NCBI RefSeq assembly: GCF_000020225.1 | Contig: NC_010655.1 | Span: 1,080,001 to 1,112,000, forward strand | Source: Akkermansia muciniphila ATCC BAA-835 | GTDB lineage: Bacteria > Verrucomicrobiota > Verrucomicrobiia > Verrucomicrobiales > Akkermansiaceae | Direction of reading: 5' to 3' | DNA: 32,000 nt | In this document: piece by piece, positions 26,907 to 32,000 of the stretch | Numbering within the stretch: the stretch's first letter is position 1 | Layout of the letters: each line of letters opens with the position of its first letter | Notes under the pieces: model-generated | The model's input: the letters and a program-made list of their open reading frames with translations, nothing else | Told to the model about the DNA's origin: nothing | Databases searched by the model: none | Made by a program: the position numbers and the translations under genes

Positions 26907-27134
26907 ATGAAGACCCACGTGAAAAAAGGTGATGAAGTGGAAATCATCGCCGGACGTAACCACAAGGGCAAGCGCGGCACCGTTCTCGCCGTGAATGCTT
27001 CCAAAGGTACTGTCATCGTAGAAGGCGCCCGCACCCTGAAAAAGGCTGTGCGCCCGACCGAACAGAACCCGGAAGGCGGCATTCAGGAAATCAACGGCCC
27101 GATTCACATCTCCAACGTGAAAAAAGTAGGCTAG
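26907..27134 (+). CDS. rplX: 50S ribosomal protein L24 (short, 75 aa)
   Basis: It has the KOW motif [21 protein letters not shown] and sits immediately upstream of L5. Confidence 0.93.
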
Positions 27135-27200
27135 GCCATCTGGTCTGACCCTGCGCTTAAGCCATATCAATCATTAATAAAGAGCTGACCCGCTAAAACA

Positions 27201-27782
27201 ATGAGTACACCAACACTGCAAACATACTACCGTGAAAAGGTCGTTCCCGGCCTTCAAGCGAAGCATGCATACAAGAACGTGCATCAGATTCCCCGCCTGG
27301 AGAAGATTGTTGTCACCTCCTGCATGGGCAAGCACCCGGACCGCAAGCAGGCCGTGGAAGATGCCGTTAATGAAATCGCCAAAATCACCGGACAAAAGCC
27401 CTCCGTCACCTATGCCCGCAAGAGCGTGGCCAACTTCAAGGTGCGTGAAGGCGAACCTCTGGGAGCCCGCGTAACGCTGCGCGGCGCCCGCATGTGGGAA
27501 TTCCTGGACCGCTTCATCAATATTACGGCTCCGAACATTCGCGACTTCCGCGGTCTTCCCTACAAGTCCTTTGACGGCAACGGAAACTATGCCGTCGGCA
27601 TCTCCGACCAGTCCATCTTCCCCGAAATCGAACTTGACCAGATCAAGCGTCAGATCGGCTTCGATATCATTTTCGTGACTTCCGCTCCTACGGACGATGA
27701 AGGCCGCGACCTGCTTCGCGCTCTGGGCGTCCCCATGCGCGAACCGAAGAAGGCCGAAGAAACCCAAACCGCCAACGCCTAA
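27201..27782 (+). CDS. rplE: 50S ribosomal protein L5
   Basis: The L5 blocks LQ..Y...V...L......N.HQIPRLEKIV and NFK.REG.P.G..VTLRG..MWEFLDR are present. It follows L24. Confidence 0.97.
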   Translation: MSTPTLQTYYREKVVPGLQAKHAYKNVHQIPRLEKIVVTSCMGKHPDRKQAVEDAVNEIAKITGQKPSVTYARKSVANFKVREGEPLGARVTLRGARMWEFLDRFINITAPNIRDFRGLPYKSFDGNGNYAVGISDQSIFPEIELDQIKRQIGFDIIFVTSAPTDDEGRDLLRALGVPMREPKKAEETQTANA

Positions 27783-27794
27783 CTATTTCTTACC

Positions 27795-28196
27795 ATGGCC
27801 GTATTAAGTGATCCCATTTCCGACTTCCTCACCCGCCTGAAAAACGCCAGCCTGGCCGGCAACGAGGAATTTACCGCTCCCTGCTCCAACATCAAGGTGG
27901 AAATCGCCCGGATTCTGCAGGAAGAAGGCTACATCTGGAACTATGAAGTGACCGGAGAAGGCTCCAAGAAGCAAATCAAGGTGAAGATCAAGTTTACCCC
28001 GCAGGGCAAGCCGGTCGTTACCGATGTGAAGCGCAGCTCCAAGCCGGGCCGCCGTCAGTACGTTTCTTCCGAGGACATTCCCCGCGTTCTCAGCGGGCTT
28101 GGCATTGCCATCGTCTCCACCTCCCGCGGTGTGATGACCGGTGCGCAGGCGCGCAAGCAGAGCATCGGCGGCGAACTTCTCGCCCTTGTATGGTAA
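27795..28196 (+). CDS. rpsH: 30S ribosomal protein S8
   Basis: The N-terminus is DPISDFLTRLKNA and the C-terminus is GIAIVSTS.GVMT...AR...IGGE.LA.VW. Confidence 0.97.
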   Translation: MAVLSDPISDFLTRLKNASLAGNEEFTAPCSNIKVEIARILQEEGYIWNYEVTGEGSKKQIKVKIKFTPQGKPVVTDVKRSSKPGRRQYVSSEDIPRVLSGLGIAIVSTSRGVMTGAQARKQSIGGELLALVW

Positions 28197-28217
28197 CCAT
28201 TAACATTTCCTAAACAT

Positions 28218-28757
28218 ATGTCCCGAGTTGGTAAAAAATCCATCACATTGCCGGACAAGGTAACGGTAAAGGTTAACGGCTCTTCCGTTCAGGTGGAAGG
28301 CCCCAAAGGCAAGCTTTCCTGGACGCTTCCGGAAGGCATTACCGCTACCGTTGAAGGCAATCAGCTCTCTGTTGACCGCGCCGGCGAAAGCCGCCAGCTT
28401 CGCGCCCTGCACGGTACGAACCGTTCCCTGTTGAACAACATGGTCATCGGTGTTTCCGAAGGCTTCGTCAAGAACCTTGAAATCGTCGGCGTCGGTTTCC
28501 GTGCCGCCGTCAAGGGCAACATTCTGGATCTGAACCTGGGCAAGTCCCATCCGATCAACCAGGTAATCCCGGAAGGTCTCAAGGTAACCGTGACTGAAAA
28601 CACGAAAGTGACGGTCGAAGGCATCGACAAGCAGGTCGTAGGCCAGTTTGCCGCTGAAGTCCGTGCGTACTATCCCCCGGAACCCTACAAGGGCAAGGGT
28701 GTGCGTTTCGTCGGTGAAGTTATCCGCCGCAAGGAAGGCAAGAGCGTCGGTAAGTAA
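28218..28757 (+). CDS. rplF: 50S ribosomal protein L6
   Basis: It has MSRVGKK.I.LP..V.V........V.GPKG.L and the C-terminal PEPYKGKG.R. Confidence 0.97.
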   Translation: MSRVGKKSITLPDKVTVKVNGSSVQVEGPKGKLSWTLPEGITATVEGNQLSVDRAGESRQLRALHGTNRSLLNNMVIGVSEGFVKNLEIVGVGFRAAVKGNILDLNLGKSHPINQVIPEGLKVTVTENTKVTVEGIDKQVVGQFAAEVRAYYPPEPYKGKGVRFVGEVIRRKEGKSVGK

Positions 28758-28792
28758 TTCAGGTAATAACTATTACAACATATTTATACACG

Positions 28793-29155
28793 ATGAGTAC
28801 TATCAATCGCAAAGCCATCCGCGCCAAGGTTCGCCGCCGCATCCGCAGAAAGGTTTCCGGAACGGCTTCCCGTCCCCGCCTGGCTGTCTATTTCTCCAAC
28901 CGCCACGTCTATGCCCAGATCATCGACGATACGGTGGGCAGGACTATCTGCTCCGCTTCCACGGCCGATGCTTCCATCGCCGATCCTTCCAAACTCGCCA
29001 ACTGCGCTACCGCTACCAAGGTGGGCAATCTGATCGGCGAACGCGCGAAGGCCGCCAATGTCACTGAAGTCGTTTTCGACCGCGGTGGATTCAAGTTCTG
29101 CGGCAAGGTGAAGGCCCTGGCCGATGCCGCCCGCGAAACTGGTTTGAAATTCTAA
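28793..29155 (+). CDS. rplR: 50S ribosomal protein L18
   Basis: It has RRR.R.K..GT..RPRL.V..SN.H.YAQ.IDD and the C-terminal FDRGG..Y.G.V.A.AD.ARE.GL.F. Confidence 0.97.
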   Translation: MSTINRKAIRAKVRRRIRRKVSGTASRPRLAVYFSNRHVYAQIIDDTVGRTICSASTADASIADPSKLANCATATKVGNLIGERAKAANVTEVVFDRGGFKFCGKVKALADAARETGLKF

Positions 29156-29171
29156 TTGAAAGATTCCTTAA

Positions 29172-29834
29172 ATGAATAACGAAACGGAAAACACTGCTCC
29201 TGCTACGGAAGCCGCCGCTCCCGCTCAAGCGCAGCAACCCGCAACGGGCGGCCGCGGACCCCGCGGACCCCGCCGTGACGGCCAGAATGGCCGCGGTCCC
29301 CGTGGACCCCGCCGTGACGGACGCCGTGGCCCTCAGGCCGAAGCTCCCGTGGAAGAAGGCCCCCAGCTCGCTGAAAAGGTTGTGTTCATCAACCGTTGCG
29401 CCAAGGTCGTCAAGGGCGGCCGCCGCTTCTCCTTCTCCGCCCTCGTCGTGAGCGGAGACATGGAAGGCCGCGTAGGCTTCGGCTTCGGCAAGGCTAATGA
29501 AGTGGCAGACGCCATCCGCAAGGCTACGGAAGCCGCCAAGCGCCAGCTTCGCCCGGTCTCCATCGCCAACGGCACGATTCCGCATGAAGTCTACTCCGAA
29601 TTCGGCGGCGGCAAGGTGCTCCTGAAGCCCGCCTCCCCCGGTACCGGCCTGATTGCCGGCAACACCATCCGTGCCGTGCTGGAAGCAGCGGGCGTGCGTG
29701 ACATTGTTGCCAAATCCCTCGGTTCCTCCAACCACGCCAACGTGGTGAAGGCTACCCTGCAGGCTCTCGCTTCCCTGCGCACGAGCGACCAGGTTCTTGC
29801 CGACCGCGGCAAGAAGAAGGAAAAGGCCATCTAA
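29172..29834 (+). CDS. rpsE: 30S ribosomal protein S5 with an N-terminal extension of about 55 aa
   Basis: The S5 core runs from [45 protein letters not shown] onward. The first 55 or so residues are low-complexity and rich in A, P, R and G. Confidence 0.96.
   Translation: MNNETENTAPATEAAAPAQAQQPATGGRGPRGPRRDGQNGRGPRGPRRDGRRGPQAEAPVEEGPQLAEKVVFINRCAKVVKGGRRFSFSALVVSGDMEGRVGFGFGKANEVADAIRKATEAAKRQLRPVSIANGTIPHEVYSEFGGGKVLLKPASPGTGLIAGNTIRAVLEAAGVRDIVAKSLGSSNHANVVKATLQALASLRTSDQVLADRGKKKEKAI
29250..29327 (+). repeat. in-frame 39-nt tandem duplication inside rpsE encoding [11 protein letters not shown] twice
   Basis: Unit 1 (29250-29288) is GGCCGCGGACCCCGCGGACCCCGCCGTGACGGCCAGAAT. Unit 2 (29289-29327) is GGCCGCGGTCCCCGTGGACCCCGCCGTGACGGACGCCGT. 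The first 30 nt differ only at two synonymous positions. Confidence 0.9.
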
Positions 29835-29842
29835 TCTGATCC

Positions 29843-29871
29843 GGAGGCGGCAGCCCGGCGCCGCCGCCTCC
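29843..29871 (+). promoter_or_regulatory. GC-rich stem-loop in the S5-L15 spacer (the slot where rpmD/L30 normally sits)
   Basis: GGAGGCGGC (29843-29851) pairs with GCCGCCTCC (29863-29871) around an 11-nt loop. No T-tract follows. Confidence 0.5.
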
Positions 29872-29896
29872 AAGAAATCCAACCATTGTAAATAAC

Positions 29897-30355
29897 ATGT
29901 TACAGCTTCATACGATTAAGCCCAATCCCGGAGCCAAGCACCGCAAGAAGCGCCTCGGCAACGGGGAAAGCTCCGGTCTCGGCAAGACCTGCGGCAAAGG
30001 CAACAAAGGCCAGAAGGCCCGTTCCGGCGGCACGATCCGGCCGGGTTTTGAAGGCGGCCAGATGCCCCTTCACCGCCGTCTGCCCAAGAAGGGGTTCAAC
30101 AACACCCGCTTCCAGGATAAAATCCTTATCGTCAACCTCTCCCAGCTTGAACGCGTGTTTGAAGCCGGTGCTACGGTTGATGAAAACACCCTGCGTGCGG
30201 CCAAGCTCGTCCAAGGTCCCTGCGATGCCGTGAAGCTTCTTGGCAACGGCACCCTGACCAAGAACCTGAACGTAGTCGTGGACTTCGTGAGCGCCAGCGC
30301 CCGCGAGAAGGTGACCCAGGCCGGTGGCACCGTCACCGTGCTTAGCGAAGCCTAA
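29897..30355 (+). CDS. rplO: 50S ribosomal protein L15
   Basis: It has L..L.P.PGA...KKR.GRG..SG.GKT.G.G.KGQKARSG and GFEGGQMPL.RRLPK.GF. Confidence 0.97.
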   Translation: MLQLHTIKPNPGAKHRKKRLGNGESSGLGKTCGKGNKGQKARSGGTIRPGFEGGQMPLHRRLPKKGFNNTRFQDKILIVNLSQLERVFEAGATVDENTLRAAKLVQGPCDAVKLLGNGTLTKNLNVVVDFVSASAREKVTQAGGTVTVLSEA

Positions 30356-30364
30356 TCACATTTG

Positions 30365-30397
30365 GCGAACCGGGTCATGCAGCTTGACCCGGTTCGC
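30365..30397 (+). promoter_or_regulatory. perfect 13-bp stem-loop between rplO and secY (possible attenuator, partial terminator or mRNA processing/stability element)
   Basis: GCGAACCGGGTCA (30365-30377) pairs with TGACCCGGTTCGC (30385-30397) around a 7-nt loop. It starts 9 nt after the rplO stop and is followed by ATCATTGTGTTT, which is only weakly T-rich. It lies in an unusually long 140-nt spacer. Confidence 0.55.
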
Positions 30398-30495
30398 ATC
30401 ATTGTGTTTACTGTTGCGGTTCCCATGGATGCCCCGGGTGCAAACCGCCGCGACATGCAAGCCAAGCTGCGCGCCAACTTTTATATTACAGGACC

Positions 30496-31998
30496 ATGAT
30501 ATCCGCATTTGCAAACTCCATGAAAGTACCGGAGCTCAGGCGCCGGATTTTGTTCACACTGGCGATGATTGTCGTCGTCCGCCTGGGGGTACAGATTCCC
30601 CTGCCGGGCATTGACGTCATGGAGCTGCAGAAAGTGATTGAAGCCTCCGCGAACGCCAGCGGTCCCGGAGCGGGTCTGGCTACCGTGCTGACCATTTTCT
30701 CCGGCGGCGGCCTCCAGCAGTGCGGCATTTTTGCTTTGGGCATCATGCCCTACATTTCCGCTTCCATCATGACCCAGCTCCTTTCCGCGGTGGTTCCCCA
30801 GTGGGCCAAGATGGTGCGGGAAGAAGGCGGCCGCCAGAAAATGACCAAGTGGACGCGCGCCATCGCCATCGTCATTGCCCTTGTGCAGGGCTGGTTTCTG
30901 GTCGGCACGCTAGAACACCCGGAACGCCTGCAGGCCGTGGGTCTCAACATTCCCGCGGACTGCCAGCTTGTCATTGACCCCGGCATCCAGTTCGCCCTCA
31001 TGACGGTGCTCATTATGGTGGCGGGCACCATGTTCCTGATGTGGATAGGCGACCAGATTACGGAACGCGGCGTCGGCAACGGCGTTTCCCTCATCATTTC
31101 CGTCAACATTATTCACGCCCTTCCGGGAGCAGTCACCCTGGCCTGGAAAACCCTGGTGTACAAGGACGGCGCGGTTGTCCCCATGGGAGCCATGCTGCTC
31201 GTGGCCCTGATTGCCTTCCTGATTGTCGTGGTGGCGCTCGTCGTGACGGTGACGCAGGCCCAGCGGCGCATTCCCGTGCAGTACGCCAAGCGGGTCATGG
31301 GCAATAAAATGTTCAACGGTGCCACGCAGTACCTGCCTCTCAAGCTTAACTACTCCGGCGTGATGCCCGTCATTTTCGCTACGGCCATCCTCTCCCTTCC
31401 GCAGGTTCTCTTCTCCCAGATCGCCCACTACAACACTACGCTGCAGTGGATCGCGACCAAGATGAATGACTGGCTGAATCCCGCTTCTTCCGGCTATTAC
31501 ATTATTTCCGGCCTCATGATTTTCTTCTTCTCCTACTTCTGGGTGGCGACCATGTTCCAGCCCTCCCAGATCGCGGAAGACCTGAAGCGCAATGGCGGCT
31601 ATATTCCCGGCATCCGTCCCGGCCCCCCCACCGCCCTCTTCCTGGACCAGACCATGCAAAGGCTGACCTTTGCCGGGTCCGCATTCCTGACCCTCATTTA
31701 CTTCCTGCCTTCCCTGCTGAATATCGGGGGCAATATCCCCTACCTGGTTACCCAGTTCTTCGGAGGCACCAGCCTTCTCATTCTGGTGGGCGTACTGCTT
31801 GACATGATGCGCCAGGTGGAAACGACCCTTCTTTCCCGCAATTACGACGGCTTCCTGAAAAAAGGCAAGCTCAAGGGCAAATACGGGCACATCCAAGGTA
31901 CCGGCGCCGCCGCGGGCAGCCGCACCGTTACCGTCATGTGGATTGTTATCGCTCTGCTTGTGCTGGCCGGAGCCATCGCCTACAACGCCATGCAGTAA
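30496..31998 (+). CDS. secY: preprotein translocase subunit SecY (500 aa, with a C-terminal extension)
   Basis: The SecY blocks are present: GI.ALGIMPYISASI..QLL, GT.FLMW.G.QIT..G.GNG.S.II, GYIPGIRPG..T and FGGTSLLI.VGV..D. It follows rplO as in the canonical spc operon. Confidence 0.97.
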   Translation: MISAFANSMKVPELRRRILFTLAMIVVVRLGVQIPLPGIDVMELQKVIEASANASGPGAGLATVLTIFSGGGLQQCGIFALGIMPYISASIMTQLLSAVVPQWAKMVREEGGRQKMTKWTRAIAIVIALVQGWFLVGTLEHPERLQAVGLNIPADCQLVIDPGIQFALMTVLIMVAGTMFLMWIGDQITERGVGNGVSLIISVNIIHALPGAVTLAWKTLVYKDGAVVPMGAMLLVALIAFLIVVVALVVTVTQAQRRIPVQYAKRVMGNKMFNGATQYLPLKLNYSGVMPVIFATAILSLPQVLFSQIAHYNTTLQWIATKMNDWLNPASSGYYIISGLMIFFFSYFWVATMFQPSQIAEDLKRNGGYIPGIRPGPPTALFLDQTMQRLTFAGSAFLTLIYFLPSLLNIGGNIPYLVTQFFGGTSLLILVGVLLDMMRQVETTLLSRNYDGFLKKGKLKGKYGHIQGTGAAAGSRTVTVMWIVIALLVLAGAIAYNAMQ

Positions 31999-32000
31999 GC

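Noticed and set aside
1-32000. CRISPR arrays, transposases/integrases, prophage genes, toxin-antitoxin pairs, tRNA and rRNA genes.
   Set aside because: I scanned every spacer longer than 100 nt by eye. I saw no regularly spaced repeats, no tRNA T-arm consensus (GGTTCGAATCC or its complement) and no recombinase-like ORFs. A manual scan could still miss short or degenerate elements.

Overview
This is a densely packed 32-kb chromosomal window with about 29 protein genes on both strands and one RNA gene that the ORF track cannot show. I found no CRISPR array, transposase, integrase, tRNA or rRNA. From left to right the calls are as follows.

- **1-5591:** aconitase N-terminal fragment, exported L,D-transpeptidase, lipoprotein MsrAB, a small membrane protein, and a secreted M60-like/CBM32 metalloprotease.
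- **5664-11124:** a stand-alone RtcB RNA ligase divergently paired with a LysR regulator, an MFS transporter, a lipoprotein, a PduO-type corrinoid adenosyltransferase and a cupin.
- **11430-19271:** RNase R, an orphan small ORF, an 839-aa two-module U32 protein, FolC, an SRP (4.5S) RNA with its own promoter, and a coiled-coil protein anchored at both ends.
- **19438-26683:** a Tat-exported GH109-like oxidoreductase, a HelZ-like SNF2 helicase, a 5'-nucleotidase, RlpA and NAD kinase.
- **26907-31998:** a rearranged spc-type ribosomal operon, L24-L5-S8-L6-L18-S5-L15-SecY.

Gene content and composition fit a mucin-degrading Verrucomicrobiota genome such as Akkermansia. That is an inference and is not verified.

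I do not see a convincing multi-gene novel system. The most unusual observations are:
- SecY carries an extra C-terminal hydrophobic helix.
- S5 carries a tandem-repeat Arg/Gly-rich N-terminal extension.
- The spc operon starts at L24 behind its own terminator and lacks L14, S14 and L30.
- The U32 protein has two four-cysteine modules.
- rtcB is paired with a LysR regulator across a spacer with palindromic boxes.
- Several structured noncoding spacers are not explained by the flanking genes.
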